A stretch of DNA of 64,000 bases, from NCBI GenBank assembly GCA_951406725.2, contig OX597818.1, positions 73,160,001 through 73,224,000 of the forward strand, read 5' to 3'. Shown piece by piece: positions 41,024-58,812 of this stretch. Position 1 is the stretch's first letter. Every line of letters begins with the position of its first letter. Origin of the DNA: Octopus vulgaris. Taxonomy: Eukaryota. The translations under genes and the position numbers were made by a program. The notes beneath the pieces were generated by a model that did no database searches, was not told where the DNA came from, and worked only from the letters and a program-made list of their open reading frames with translations.

Positions 41024-41989
41024 AAATATATATATGTGTGTGTGTGAACGTGACTGTGTGTGTGTGTGTGCGTGTGCACGTGTCTATATATATTTGCATG
41101 TACATATGCATATAATGTTTTTGATACGTATGTTTCCATACAGTTATAGCTGTATGTACCTTTCGCTATATGAAACTCATACACACATACATAACGCACA
41201 CATAAACACACACATACGCTCGCACAGACACACATATGTATATGTATGTATGGATGGATGGATGGATGGATGTATGGATGGATGGATGTATAGGGAGAGA
41301 GGGTGAGAGAGAAAGAGAGCACCATCCCCTTCACTTTAGTTGCCTTTAAGGGAATTCATTCTGCTGAAAGCTTTTATGCCGTGTAGCTGTTGTAATGATA
41401 ATTTTCTTCGTATATCCACCAGTCCGAAATATCGTAAACTAGTTAACGGCCTTTGCTCTTTGGTTTAGAGCAATTTTGTAACCCGTAATCCAAATAAATT
41501 CGCCAAATTTTCATGATACCTTTCTAATTATAATTCTCAGTTATTAATTCCAGTGTAGCACTTACGTCTCCAAAAACATTTTTGGCTTAGAGCAATAACG
41601 TTCAAGTATATTTCAACACTTCGTCTCATTTTAGTCTTATCGTTTTAGTAAAGTATCTGTGACACTGGTACTTGTACTTTCGAGTTTTTATTAATCAAGA
41701 AATTTGCAAGTGAAAGTTTCAGCTGACTACGAAAACATCAACGAATTGAATGCATGTTTAAACATTTCACTAACATTCCAACGCTTAGTATAACACTTCG
41801 CAGTTCATTATATGGATCTGGTATAGCTGGATTAATTTATATAGAGGTTAGTATAACACTACTAATAAGTTTTCTCTAGGAAGCCTAGTTGTTATTTAGA
41901 ATTACTTAGACAGATATAGTCGCATCGGTTGGTGTGTTTGTTTGAAACGTTTTCCTCTCCGGTACAGTAATGTTCAATAATGGCTCTTT

Positions 41990-42836
41990 TAATGATGATC
42001 TGCCATGGCAAATACTGGGCTAAAAGAAACACAAAAGAAATAGACAAAAAAAATCTCAACAATGGATGAGAAGCTTAGGGCTTAAACCAGAGATTGAAGG
42101 ATTTTTCATTGCAGCCCAAGACCAAAGCCTCCCTATTAGGAATTACCAAAAACATATAACGAAATGAAACATAACAAGTAACTGCAGAGTATGAAGATAG
42201 GGACAAATAGCAACAAATCGTATTGTCTCTAGCTGCCAAGTCCTGCCTAAGAAGGAATATATTCACAGACACGAGAGAGTTGGGATCTACATATGCCAAC
42301 ACTATGGAATAACCACAGAAAGAAGATGGTATAGGTACGCGCCAGAAATGTTCTCAGAAAATGAGATAGCAACAATACTATGCGATTTGCTAATACATGC
42401 AGATAGATAAATTAAGGCCAATAGGCCAGATATAGTTGTCAGAGATCATGAAGAAAAAAATGCTTTCTAATTGATGTATCAATACCAACAGATGACAACG
42501 TTTCTCTAAAAAAAATGGAGAAACTTTCAAAACACAAGGACCTGGAAATAGAGGTAACTCGAATGTGGAGTCGAAAATCAGAAACAATTCCTAACATTGT
42601 GGGCGCATTAGGTATGACAAAAAATATTCAGACAAATACATAAAAAAAACACCAAGCCTAACAAATATATATAACATACAGAAAAATAGCAGTACTAGGC
42701 ACTGCAGCCATCCTACGTAAAACACTTTCAATATAGTAAAAGTAAGAACATCACAGCAAAACACAGCACATACCCAAGGCACACAGAGCTACACTCGGTA
42801 GTGGAGTGAAAGCACACTAAAAAAATTAAACCACTA
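41990..42836 (+). mobile_element. R4/Dong 3' fragment, family B, decayed
   Basis: EGFFIAAQDQSLP, ANRPDIVVRD, KDLEIEVTRMW; 3' UTR shared with the copies ending at 44962 and 48584. Confidence 0.85.
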
Positions 42837-42840
42837 AATA

Positions 42841-43513
<673 letters not shown>

Positions 43514-43544
43514 TAACAATAACAATAATAATAACAACAACAAC

Positions 43545-43594
<50 letters not shown>

Positions 43595-43626
43595 TAAAAA
43601 TAATAATAATAATAATAATAATAATT

Positions 43627-43657
<31 letters not shown>

Positions 43658-43670
43658 TAATAATAATAAT

Positions 43671-44321
43671 ACATCTATAAAACGTCTAAGACACAGAAAT
43701 GCAGACGCCGTGGAAAGAGTGTGGCAAAATTGACCAATTTGATAAGTGGATCTAAGAGCCTTGCACAAAATGAATACAAGCGCCACCACGAGAGAATGTG
43801 TGTGTATCTTCATTGCCGTAAATACCAATATGAGGTAACAAAGAACTGGTGTGAGCATGTACCAAGTAAAGTTATGCAGGAGGATGGAAAAGTAATGATA
43901 CGCTTGGACTATGATTTTCAGACGGATCGTGTAACAGAAAACCGTCGGCCGAATATTGTCATATTGAGTAAGAGAGTTAAATAGTGTCAGATCATTGATA
44001 TAGCCATACCAAATGACATGAATGTTGTGAGTAAAGAGTTTCAGAAAAATCACCTCGTACTCTGAATTGAAAGTGGAAATAGCAAGAGGGTAATGTAAAA
44101 GTGATCCCAGTAGGGATCGGAGCGCTGGGCTCAATCCCATTGAAACTTCAAGACTTTTTAAGACAACTGGAAATCCCATGCAAGATCGATGTCCAGCGAA
44201 AAGCAGACTTATTGGGCACAGCGGACGCCTTAATGGAAGTATTATCTGTCTGAGTTCCTTTTAGTGACTTGAGAGATGACTAAAGACTCTAATGCATATT
44301 TATCAACACTGCATCACGAAG

Positions 44322-44322
<1 letters not shown>
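43671..44322 (+). mobile_element. R4-clade 3' fragment, family D (RLE)
   Basis: YKRHH, RRPNIVI, IIDIAIPND, VIPVGIGALG, LLGTA; own 3' UTR then (AAT)n. Confidence 0.8.
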
Positions 44323-44404
<82 letters not shown>

Positions 44405-44418
44405 TTAATAATAATAAT

Positions 44419-44962
44419 ATGCCAACATTATGGAATAACAACAGAAAAAAGATGGTATAGGCACACACCAGAAAAGGTCACAGAAAACGAGAAAGCAACC
44501 ATACTCTGGGATATGCCGATACACACAGATAGAGAAATTAAGGCCAACAGGCCAGATATAGTTGTCAGAGATCATGAAGAAAAAAATGCTTTCTAATTGA
44601 TGTATCAATACAGGCTGATGACAACGTGTCTCTAAAAGAAATGGAGAAACTCTCAAAATACAAAGACCTGGAAATAGAGGTAACCAGAATGTGGAATTTG
44701 AAAAGTGAAACAATTCCTATCATAGTAGGTGCATTAGGCATGATAAAAAAAATATTCAGACAAATACATAACAAAACACCAGGACTTACAAACACATATA
44801 ACATACAGAAAATTGCTCTACTAGGCACTGCGCACATCCTACGCAGAACACTTTCCATACAATAACCATCAGGGCATCACAACAAATCACAACACATACC
44901 CAAGGCACACAGAGCTGCAATCGGTAGTGAAGTGAAAGCACGCTATAAAAATAAAACTACTG
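44419..44962 (+). mobile_element. R4/Dong 3' fragment, family B (RLE)
   Basis: LWDMPIHTDREIKANRPDIVVRD, EKLSKYKDLEIEVTRMW, IPIIVGALG, ALLGTAHILR. Confidence 0.9.
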
Positions 44963-44987
44963 AATAATAATAATAATAATCATAATC

Positions 44988-45047
<60 letters not shown>

Positions 45048-45050
<3 letters not shown>

Positions 45051-46757
45051 GACCAAAAATGACCAACAACTCAAGGGCTTACTAGCGATAGTCAAAGAAT
45101 TCAGTGACGAAATCAGAATGCAATTCGGCCTCGATAAATGTGCAAAAGCTACCTTTATCAAAGGAAAAATGACGGAATCATCTAACGTTAACCTTGACCA
45201 GCAGAATGTCATAAAAGAACTAGACACGCGGAGAGCTACAAGTACCTCGGGGTAATTGAAGGGAACGGAATAAGGCATTCAGAGATGAAGGAAAGGAACA
45301 GGAGAGAATACTATCGAAGAGTGAGAGCAATACTCAAGACAGAGCTGAATGCAAGAAACATTGATCGAAGCGATCAATGCTTACAGTTTCAATATCTTTA
45401 ACTGGTCAATTACTGAAATATGTCAGCTCGACAGAAAAATAAGAAAACTGTTGACAATGCATAGAATGGACCACCCTAAGGCAGATACAGAACGACTTTA
45501 TCTGCCAAGAAAAGAGGGAGGCCGTAGTCTTTTGCAACTGGCAATAACAATGAAGATTGCTACAATTGGCCTAGACACCTACCTGAAAAACTCTGAGGAC
45601 TGGATGTTAAAACTTGTCTCAAAACATGAAAACAAAAAAGCATCATACTCAGTAACAAAACAGGCAAAGGAATATCTAAGTGAATTCCGAATACAACAAA
45701 TTTCGGAATTTGACATACAAGAAACAAGCACAGAAAAAGCTAGGCGCATGAAAATCCGTTCCACAACTGCGGCCTTAGATATTCTGAATAATAAATGGCA
45801 AAAAAACCTCTCTATGGCAAATACCCAAAGAGAGCGAATAATGCAGATATTGACAAAGCCCTGACCCATTAATGGCTAATGGCCTCTGGCTTAAAATCTG
45901 AAACAGAGGGGTTTATCATAGCAGCCCAAGATCAATGCCTACCAACAAGAAACTACCAGGCCAACACATTAAAGAACGGCAGTAGCCCAACATGTCGTGT
46001 ATGTCGACAACAAAATGAAACCATTGATCATGTTGTCTCCACATGCAGTTTTCTAGCGCCTACAGAGTACCTCAACAGGCATGATAGAGCTGCACAATAT
46101 AATCACTGGGTAATTTGCAAAAAACCTGGATTTGCCCTATGAAAAAAAATTGTGGGAACACAATCCACCTCCAGTGCTTGAAAATGACCACATCTCACTC
46201 CTCTGGAACTTCAGCATTCAAACTGACAGAAAGATAGATGCAAATAGGCCAGACATCATAGTGAAAGACTTCAGACAAAGAACATGCCTCCTCATTGATA
46301 TGACTGTCCCAATCGATATAAACGTATCTGTCAAGACCTACCAAAAACTGAACAAATATAAAGATCTTGAAATAAAAATCAGCAAAATGTGGACGTTGAA
46401 GACTAAAACAATACCTGTTGTCATAGGTGCCCTGGGAATGATAGCGAAAGGGACTGATTGCTACCTAACTCAGATACAAGGAAACCCCAAAATGGCAGAA
46501 ATTCAAAAGATAGTGTTCATGGGAACTGCTCATATCCTACGCAAAATATACTCTATGTAATCCCAAGGTTTAAAACAAAAGTTTTTATTATTTCTTTTTA
46601 ATTATGTATTAGACATTCACTAGTACAACACAAAAAAACCCAAATATATGGCACACTAGGCATAACAACAACGTGAACTTCCAACCTGTTGTCTCTTGAG
46701 GTCTCTGGGTGAGGCTTGGAGCCAACTTGTACAGACATAAAGCAAAAGTAAAACATA

Positions 46758-46758
<1 letters not shown>
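45048..46758 (+). mobile_element. R4/Dong 3' fragment, family C (RT end, CCHC, RLE)
   Basis: FGLDKCAK, RLYLPRKEGGR, CRVC...ETIDHVVSTC, RHD, NRPDII, KYKDLE, IGALG. Confidence 0.9.
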
Positions 46759-46828
<70 letters not shown>

Positions 46829-46834
46829 GTAGTA

Positions 46835-46913
<79 letters not shown>

Positions 46914-46944
46914 CAATAATAATAATAATAAAAATTATAATAAT

Positions 46945-48150
46945 AACTGGCAATAACAATGAAGATTGCGACAATTGGCCTAGACACCTACCTGAAAAAC
47001 TCTGAGGACTGGATGTTAAAACTTGTCTCAAAACATGAAAACAAAAAAGCATCATACTCAGTAACAAAACAGGCAAAGGAATATCTAAGTGAATTCCGAA
47101 AACAACCAATTTCGGAATTAGACATACAAGAAACAAGCACAGAAAAAGCTAAGCGAATGAAAACCCGTGCTAAAACTGCTGCCTTAGATATTCTAAATGA
47201 TAAATGGCAAGAAAAACCTCTCTATGGCAAATACCCAAAGAGAGCGAATAATGCAGATATTGACAAAGCCCTGACCCATCAATGGCTAATGGCTTCTGGC
47301 TTAAAATCTGAAACAGAAGGGATTATCATAGAAGCTCATGATCAATGCCTACCAACAAGGAACTACCAGGCCAGCATATTAAATAACGGCAGTAGCCCAA
47401 CATGTCGTGTATGTCAACAACAAAATGAAACCATTGATCATGTTGTCTCCAAGTGCAGTCTTCTAGCGCATACAGAGTATCTCAACAGGCATGATAGAGC
47501 TGCACAATATATTCACTGGGTAATTTGCAAAAACCTGGATTTGCCCCATGAAAAACACTGGTGGGAACACAAACCACCTCCAGTGCTTGAAAATGACCAC
47601 ATCTCACTCCTCTGGAACTTCACCATTCAAACTGACAGAAAGATATATGCAAATAGGCCAGACATCATATTGAAAGACTTCAGACAAAGAACATGCCTCC
47701 TCATTGATATGACTGTCCCAATCGATATAAACATATCTGTCAAGACCTACCAAAAACTGAGCAAATATAACGATCTTGAAATAGAAATCAGCAAAATGTG
47801 GAACATGAAAACTAAAACAATACCTGTAGCCATAGGTGCCCTGGGAATGATAGCAAAAGGGGCTCATTGCTACCTAACCAGGAAACCCCAAAATGGCAGA
47901 AATTCAAACGATAGTATTCATGGGAACTACTCATAACCTACGCAAAATACTTTATATGTAATCTCAAGTTTTAAAACAAACATAATTTTCGTATTTTTTT
48001 AGACATTCCCTAGTACAAATCTAAATACAAAACCAAATATATGGCACACTATGCATAACAACAATATGAACTTCCAACCTGTTGTCTCTTGAGGTCTCTG
48101 GGTGAGACTTGGAGCCAACTTGTACAAATATAAAGCAAAAGTCAAACATA

Positions 48151-48151
<1 letters not shown>
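46945..48151 (+). mobile_element. R4/Dong 3' fragment, family C, second copy (325-aa open frame 46959-47936)
   Basis: Highly similar to 45535-46758; CCHC and PD..D RLE motifs. Confidence 0.9.
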
Positions 48152-49762
<1,611 letters not shown>

Positions 49763-50309
49763 CCTCTTTATAACAGGCAGAATAAGTCATTTCAGACAGG
49801 TAAGTGAAGGAAATTAGAAAAAAAAATAGCTGGTAGGCCCCGGGACCAGATGGAGATCAACGCTACCTGATGTGAAGATTTGATGTGAATCTCAGTGTAT
49901 GTTTACATATATATATATATATAAATACAGTCTACATATAAAGACATGAGAGGTAACCTTCATTGGATGGATACCTCTTATGTGTTTAAATGTACACTGT
50001 ATTTATATGAATAATATATAGTCTATTGACTAATGTTCCTACAAGCTAGACCACTGGTAGTAAAAAGATTTTACGGTCAGAAAGAACACCTGTATTTTAT
50101 GGTCTCCTTAAACTACACAAAAGGTTCGAAATATTTCCTCCAATGCGCCTAATTTGTAATAGATTTGAATGTTGTACTGCCAAGATTTCGTAATGCCTGG
50201 ATGGCTTTCTGCTCCCTGTCGCAAAAAGATAAAGTCCTATATTCGGAGTACTTTTGATTTTGTGTCTAAAATCAATAACTTTTTTAAGCACCAAGGTCGT
50301 GTTCGAGAA

Positions 50310-50930
50310 CTATTTTTGGTAACTATGGATGTTACTTCCTTATATTAAAATATTGACCACGATGAAGGGGTAGAAGTATGGATGCCTTCGAAAGCGGTCA
50401 AACAAAAGTATCCCATCAAATTTTCTCAGTAAATTATTGAGGTTTGTGTTACAAACACAATGGAGTTTAGACAAAGATTTTACCACCAGACGAGGGGTTG
50501 CGGCATGTGTAGTCCCATGGTAGTTAATTTCGCTAATGTCTTCATGACGAATTTCGAGACACAGTTACTGAAGACATCCAAATCCCTTCTTGGTCTTGGA
50601 TCATTGCTCTGTTTACGGTTTATTGATGAGGTCTTTTTGTCTGGGAATAATCACCGGATAGTTTAATGAACTTTTTTCATTTCTGTGAGTGTTATGCTAA
50701 AAAGCACGGCTTTAAGTCCAACATAAAATTAACGTCTAGTTTTTCAAAAACTAACATTGAATTTTTGGACGCCAAAGTTACGTTTTCTGGAAGTAGAATA
50801 GTGACAGAGTTATTTTGCAAGCACTGGTTATCCCACATTTATCTCCACCACCGCTCCGATCATCCACATCGTATTATTCGGTCAAATCTGAAGTCCCAAT
50901 TTTTTAGGATAAAACGGATAAAACTCGGCA
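50310..50930 (+). mobile_element. Decayed PLE reverse-transcriptase core
   Basis: LVTMDVTSLY*NIDHDEG, FYHQTRGCGMCSP...FANVFMTNFE, RFIDEVF, IEFLDA, YLHHRSDHP...SQFFRIKRI. Confidence 0.85.
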
Positions 50931-51043
50931 AAGACAGACTTGCTGTTAAAATATCGTTCAAGCAATAAGATATCTATTACAATCGAATCGCGCTCTTCGT
51001 CTTCACTGTTAGCCTTTATGGAGAGTACGTCAATCTTTTAAAA

Positions 51044-51173
<130 letters not shown>

Positions 51174-51865
51174 ACAACAACAACAATAATAATATCATTG
51201 ACGATGATTACGATAATGATGATAGCTTGAAACTCAGGTAAATACCAACAGAATATTAACGATTGCCATATTGAAAAGAGTCATATTTCTTTTCTAAATT
51301 GTTTACTCAGGGCAAATTAGTCTCACAGTTTGAAACAATAATAGACTTTTAGCCCCGTTAAAAATAATACCAAAATGCATATATTCCGAAACTACTGAAT
51401 TGCGTTCAGTGTGAAACAATATTTTTTTCACACTTCATACAATAGATTAAATAAAATATGAACACAAAAGTAACTAGGAGAAACCATGGCTGTTCTCATA
51501 TGACGTAGATTTGTACCTATAGGTTTGAGTTATAAAGGGACACCTAGCTTAATACACCCATATTTTTCCCCAAAGATATTACATGAAGAATGATCAATCA
51601 GTAGGAATTCTACTGAAGACACAGATTAAAGTATTCAGTATGTTTATATGTATATACTCAGTCTGATAATGATTTTCGGCCTACATATTAAGTATTATGA
51701 TATATTTTGAAATGTTTTAATTCATAGCTCCTCGATACAGGCATATCACGTATCAGAGCCTTCAAACAGCTGATAAATTCCAACTCTTTACTATAGAGAA
51801 CAAAACAGGGAAATAGAGGTGTTTAAGTACAACGTATAATAAAAAAAATACTATATATTTATAAA

Positions 51866-52365
51866 GTGAGAATTTACAAAAACATAAAAGACGAAGACGG
51901 GTGAGTAAACAAGAAATATGAATTAGTTTAACGCCCGAGAAGTGAGAAAGTCTTTTACGTTTCAAGCCTTCGCTTTTCTACAGAGAGCAACACAAAAATA
52001 AATAGCGAGAGAAAATGGGAAAAGGTTTAGTGGCTAACGATCTATCATGGCGAATGTCAGACAGAGGGGTCAAATAGGAAAGCTAGGAAGAAGGGGAGAT
52101 AATAAAGAAGTGGTGATCCCAAAACGAAGGTGTGAGAGCGTGTATATTGTAACATTGTCGTGTGCATGTGTAGGTGTGTGGATGATGCTGTAGGTGCTGG
52201 GAAGTGGTTAGTGCTAGTGTGTGCGGGGTGGTGTGATGTGGGGTGTAGTATGGTGATATGGTGTAGTGATGTGTTGTATGGAGGTGTGTGATATGGTGGT
52301 GTATGGTGTGGTTGTGTGTGGAGTAGCGGTGTGGTGTGGTGGTCGGTGGGGTAGTGTGGTGGCGT
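51866..52365 (-). mobile_element. Non-autonomous element with minimal HHR-like motif, second copy
   Basis: Colinear with 39428-39960. Confidence 0.75.
51952..51987 (-). ncRNA. Minimal hammerhead-like motif, core CUGUAGA
   Basis: cucu-CUGUAGA-A-aagc-gaag-gcuu-GAAA-cg-UA-aaag. Confidence 0.55.
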
Positions 52366-53411
52366 ATATATATATTCGGGTTCAGTAAAATAAGTACTAG
52401 TTGAGTGCTGCTGGCGTCGATATAATCGACTTGCTCAGTTTCCCGTTATTGCTTATAGCCGCCTTCGTTATTATATAATTTTTTACATCATATGTAAACA
52501 TTGATTCATATGGATAAACTAGAATTTTAGTATGATGATTTTTCTTGCTGTGTGGCGGTTGGCTTCCCATTCAGTACAAAACGTGTGCTTCTTTGCGGTT
52601 AAGACGGGTTTTACCTCTTATTTTTAGATATGTAGGTGCAACCCTGCACCGTCAGTGACAATTAGTGACAAGGAGTTCTTCCGTTCCGGTTTTTATATCG
52701 CTTATAGCCGCTTTCGTTATATTATGTGTATATTTATACATGCGTGCGTGTGGGGTGAGGTTATGAATTCACGCCTTTGATGCCTTGTGGAAAGTAGCAA
52801 CATCTATACGCAATATTTATAACGCTCGCTGCACAAAACATTTTCTACACATACACATACACACATAATCGTGCAGACAGCAAACCTCTACCCGCAATTC
52901 TAACATAATTCTGTTGAGTGTGATTATCATATAATGGTTTCTAAAGCAATTAGGCTGCAAAATTACATTATTGATTTACTATAGGGAGATATTGAAATGG
53001 AAGTTATAGGTGTCTGTAAAGGAACCAATTTTAAAATCAAATCAATTTAGTTATTAATTATACATAGACTGGACTATTCCACTATAATAATTTCGCACAT
53101 CTTGTGGAAACAACCCGATATATAGAGTGTAAGGCGCGTACGCACACACCCACGCAAACATACACATACATACGCAAGCACAAACGTGCGGTGTTGTTGT
53201 ACAAACGTATGTAAGCTTGTACGGATATATAAATATGTGTATGCATGTCTCTGCATAAATGTCTATATAAATATATGCCTATGCACACACACACATATAT
53301 ATATATACATATGTGTGTGTGTGTGAGTCTGTATATATAAACTAAATATTATATAAGTATATATAAATGCATATATACATACATATACACATATATATGC
53401 ATATATATTAT

Positions 53412-53506
<95 letters not shown>

Positions 53507-53527
53507 GGCGCACACACATATACACAC

Positions 53528-53582
<55 letters not shown>

Positions 53583-53889
53583 CATGTGTGGATATTTCGA
53601 GGTCAGTATTTGTGCGCATTTAGGTATATATCTTTATATATAAATATTTTTGTATAAATATATAATCACATATGATATGAAATTATAGTATATGCGTTTA
53701 AACAGAAATGAAGTGATGCAAGGTTGGCAGAGAAGAGAAATTACATATTATTAAGTTGCTTTCTGTCGCTTAGGAAGTTTAATCTTTACCTACCTATTTC
53801 GTACACTACGGTGAAGGGCAAAGTAGGTGCGGGATATATATACTTGTATAGTGACTAGTATGTGTATGTGCATACACACACACAATCGA

Positions 53890-54060
53890 GGCCCATGGAT
53901 TAGTATTTCTGTTGTGGAACTCGTGATCGTAAGTTTGTGGTTTCGATTCCTGAACCGGGCGATGCGCTGTGTTCTTGAGCCAAGCACCATATTTCCAGTT
54001 GCTGCATCCCACTCAACTGGTAAAAATCAGTAATCCTGTGGCAGACCAGCGTCCCATATG
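53890..54060 (+). mobile_element. Degenerate tRNA-derived SINE
   Basis: B-box ggtttcgattcc followed by gctgtgttcttgagc. Confidence 0.6.
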
Positions 54061-54127
54061 CGAATACATTCGTCAGAATAAAAACGGAAAACCGTTCCAT
54101 GCTCCTTACTGCGTAATACGAAATAAC

Positions 54128-54177
<50 letters not shown>

Positions 54178-54478
54178 TATTCTAGACGTAGTTATACATT
54201 GGTGTAAGTCACATGAATTTAATATCATTTGTATTATTTTGCAAACAGTTACCGATATTTTCATTAATTCACTGGGAAGTAGTTCCTCCCTCTCCACCTT
54301 TACTTTCGGTTAGTTATAGATTGGATTTTAGTTGTTTTGCATGGAGCCAAGATGCGTTCTAATTGCAGAATTCTTTATTATACAGGAAAAAGACTGCAAT
54401 ATATAATTATGATATATGAACAACTGTACCCACTACGCCCCGCATACTACGTGCCCTTACATTTGATCGCATAAATTA

Positions 54479-56543
54479 CACTCGTCAACAGCAAAATTAT
54501 TGTGTAAATTTTTTTAGCCGATTTAGGACTATGCTGAAGTGCTAAATCAAAAAAATCACATTAGTTTTGCTCAATCAGGTCAGGATTTTGAACTATGTTA
54601 TTTTCTAAGGTTTTTGTTTACATGTACGGGTATTTTTGCTTTATATAATGCAAAATTCTTTTTTTTTATTTCTTGAAATAAACCAACTTATTTTACAGAT
54701 GAATGAAATGGCTTCGACCAGAACACCTTGCAAATGGAAGCCTCGTATTCTGTTACATACGTGGTGAATACACCATTATTATTAACAGGAATCCAGTTAC
54801 AAGTTTTATAAAACATGCTTACCATGCTTACTTTTGGTATTAAACTTGGTGACCAGGATAAAGCTTGGGTGTCACGCATGGTATGCAAAGAATGCGCCGA
54901 GAATCTGCGTCAGTGGACCAAGTGCAAGAAGAGTTATCTGAAGTCTGGAATTCCCATGGAAGTGACTGCTATTTCTACGCTACTGATGTAATTGAGATCA
55001 ACAGAAATAACCGGAACAACCTCAAATATCCTGATCTTCAATCAGCACCTCGTCCTGTAGCTCACTGTAATGAAATTTCAGTACATGTCTTCGGAGAACT
55101 TCTGACACTAGCGACGAAGAATCATCCAGCGTTCATGAAGGTGAAGAAAAAAAGTAGTTCTTGATGATGATGCTTCACATCCGTTTTCCAAAAGGGAGCT
55201 AAGTGATTTAGATCGCAATCTCGGATTGTCAAAGTCCTCTACCGGACTGTTGGCATCCAGAGTGAAGAATAAAAACCTCCTCTCTGACAGTGCTTGCATC
55301 ACATTCTATCGCAACAGGCATCAAGAGTACCTCCGTTTTATTTTCTCTGACAAGTACTTGTTGTACTGTACAAATATTACTCATTTTCTGCACAAGCTTG
55401 TAGTGCCACAGTACGAATCCAAAGATTAGAGACTATTCATTGACAGCAGCAAGCGATAGTTGACATGTGTTCTGCGGTAGGGTCACTGCTCAGCATTACA
55501 AGAAGAAGGACTAACTTTTGAAGGAGGAATTGGTACCTTGTAGAACTGAAAACCTCATAAACAACCCTCTAGTGGACAGAGACAAAATACTTTTCACACC
55601 ACTGCACATCAAGCTCGGCTTGACCACGCAATTCACCAAAGCTCTGGACAATGATGATTCACATACTTGTGCCCGGCTTTTCCAGGATTGATCATTGAGA
55701 AGTTGAAAGTTGGCATCTTTGACTGTCCTCAAACCTACCAGCTCATCAGAGAGCCTGAGTTTGAAAACTCAATGAAGGAAGTGGAACTGGAAGCGTGTAA
55801 GGCTTCTGTTCTGGTCGTGAAAAACTTTCATGGCAACAACAAGACGAGAAACTACGCAGAACTTGTCACTGATATGCTGATTGCTTTCAGAAATCTTGGA
55901 TGCAACATGAGCATTAAAATGCATTACTTATTCTTACATATGGATCGGTTTCCTGAGAATCTGGGATCAATGAGCGCCGAGGAGGAGGAAGGATGGAGAC
56001 CAGGTATCAGGGACGCTGAGATTTAGACATGATGGCAGCTTAGTACTGGACTCTAATGCGAGTCATTCTAGAGTTTCAAACAAAAGCAAGTTCAAGCCCT
56101 GAATTTTGAACAAGGATGACACAAGATTTAATTTACATGTACTTATAATTATCAGTGTCTACTATGTAATTTACAGTAATCGAAGTTTGTAACATTTAAT
56201 TAATAGTGTAAGAAAACAATTTTTTTTTTTAATCTTAAAAACCTATTTCGGATGAGAAATATTAACAAAAATCAACCGATAATGTCAGAAAAGTGTAATC
56301 AATTTAATTAATAATATCCAAAGCATCACACACGTGCGCGCGCACATTAACAAAAATTAACTTATAATATCAGAAAAATGTAATCAATTTAGTCAGAATA
56401 TCGGATTTTAAAAAAATCAACTTAGCATAGAAACATGACCTGATCGAGAGAAATGGATGTCATTTTCGCATTCAGCGGTGGAAAGTTGTAAACTAGTGGA
56501 AAAAACTAGAATAAATTGGAAAAACTTTTATTCTTATCCAGTG
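54479..56543 (+). mobile_element. Chapaev3-like (CMC superfamily) DNA transposon, decayed
   Basis: CACT...AGTG termini with imperfect ~110-bp TIRs; remnants YFGIKLGDQDKAW, DCYF, KYPDLQSA, RLFIDSSK, LHIKLGL, GIFDCPQ, LGCNMSIKMHYL...FPENLG. Confidence 0.75.
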
Positions 56544-57006
56544 TTGTTGTAATATGTACTTTTATGCATCCAGAAAGGTATTTACTTATATGCATTTACT
56601 ATGTGTATGACGACATGTCTGCATCTATTTTAAGTTTGTATATATGTATTTATGCACCTCTATGCATGCGTGCTTGCGTGCATGTGTGTGTGTATGTATA
56701 TTACATGCAGAGAGAAAGAGATAGAGAGAGAGAGAGAGAGAGAGAAAGATAGCCAGAGATAGAGATAAGTATATACATCTATACATACATGAATGAATAC
56801 ATAACTGTGTGCTTATTTTATGTACAAATATATATTGTATTTCGATTATATGCTAGTAATTATGTAATGAATTAATACATGCATACTTATTTATGTATCT
56901 GCACATGCGAAAACTGAAGCTTTTGAAGTGTGTATATTGATCGTATATACACATACCTACGAACACACACACACATACACATATATATATACATATAAAT
57001 ATTAAC

Positions 57007-57094
<88 letters not shown>

Positions 57095-57790
57095 ATATAC
57101 AAATATATATTCATGTAGTACATGTATGTATTGATTTTTTTGAAGACTCACTTATGTAAATTTTCTGATTTTTATGCACGCATACATCGTTGTTTCTCTA
57201 TAAATATATGCGTATATATAATTTTACTTTGTGTATTTATAGAGTTTTAATATATATTCATGTCTACATCAAATAAAACAAAAAAATACTAAAGTTATTT
57301 ACATTGAGGGTTATACTTTTATTTGATCGTATATCGTCATATGTTTCGTACTTCGACTTTGTTTGTGATATTTGCATCGTGTATGAATATATATTATAAC
57401 TTATAAGCAGTAAACATGCTTGGCTCGCTGAATTCCGCATAGGATGAAACACTGTTTTCTTAGTTGGAAATTTGGAAGAAAAAAAGTATAAGATTACTGT
57501 CAATTTTTTGTTTCGTTCGCTTTTAGATTTCCGTTTTTAAATCTCAAATATTTATATTTTGGATTAAAGTAAAGTAAAGTTGAGCATTATGAAAATCAAT
57601 TACATCGCTGTGTAAAATAATTTAAAATTAAGATTAATAAGTTTTTAGGAAGATTCTCTCCGAATTATTTTGGTCTAATACATGTAAAAGCAATTATTTT
57701 ACTTCTTTAAATTTATATTCATCTTTTATCTGTTTTAATCTTCAATTTTGTTTTTGAATTATATCATATGTACAAACTATAATATGTGTG

Positions 57791-57846
<56 letters not shown>

Positions 57847-58092
57847 CGGATGGATGTATATTAATGTTTGTACGCAAAATATAAGTAGGTAGTCAGAATT
57901 TTGGATAATTATTTATTTAGCACTTTCATCTCGTTTCAGATATATGTGTGTGTGTGCGTGTGTATGTGTGTCATTTGTGTGTGTGTGTGTGCGTGTGTAT
58001 AAAGCCCACTCTCTCACCCCCATTCTTTATGTATGTACATATATATATATATGTGTGCATAGGCCGTGTTTGTATGTACACATAGATATAAT

Positions 58093-58147
<55 letters not shown>

Positions 58148-58749
58148 CAAAGAGAGAGAAAATATATTCTATAAAGATATCTAAAAATATATTCAATGAT
58201 ATCTATCAAATTCGCCTACATCTACACCGCTATAACTAACTACACACGCATAGATACAATATACCTTCAGCATATACCTGACCATAGAGTCATATCAGCA
58301 TTCGAATAAGAGAGTAAGCAGGGGAAATGATATTTAGATTAGAAATCATAGAATTTTCATAATATTACGTCATTTATGAACTTGCATCCTATTACGGATG
58401 AGTAAAAATAATTATTTTATATATTTCGGTATGAATAAATTTACCTATATTGGCGGATGTAACGTTAATTAATGTACCTACACACAGATACTGGTATATC
58501 ATTCCACCTACACACCCACACTCACATAAACACACACATATATATACACATGCATACTTGCACGTATACATATATAGATAGATTGATAGATAGATAGATA
58601 TATGGATACAGGCATAAATTTATGAATATATATGCAGATAAATATATGTGTATGTGTGTATGTATGTGTGTATATATATATATACATGTATGTGTACATA
58701 TACATATATACATGTATATATATATACACGTATGTGTACATATACATAT

Positions 58750-58812
<63 letters not shown>
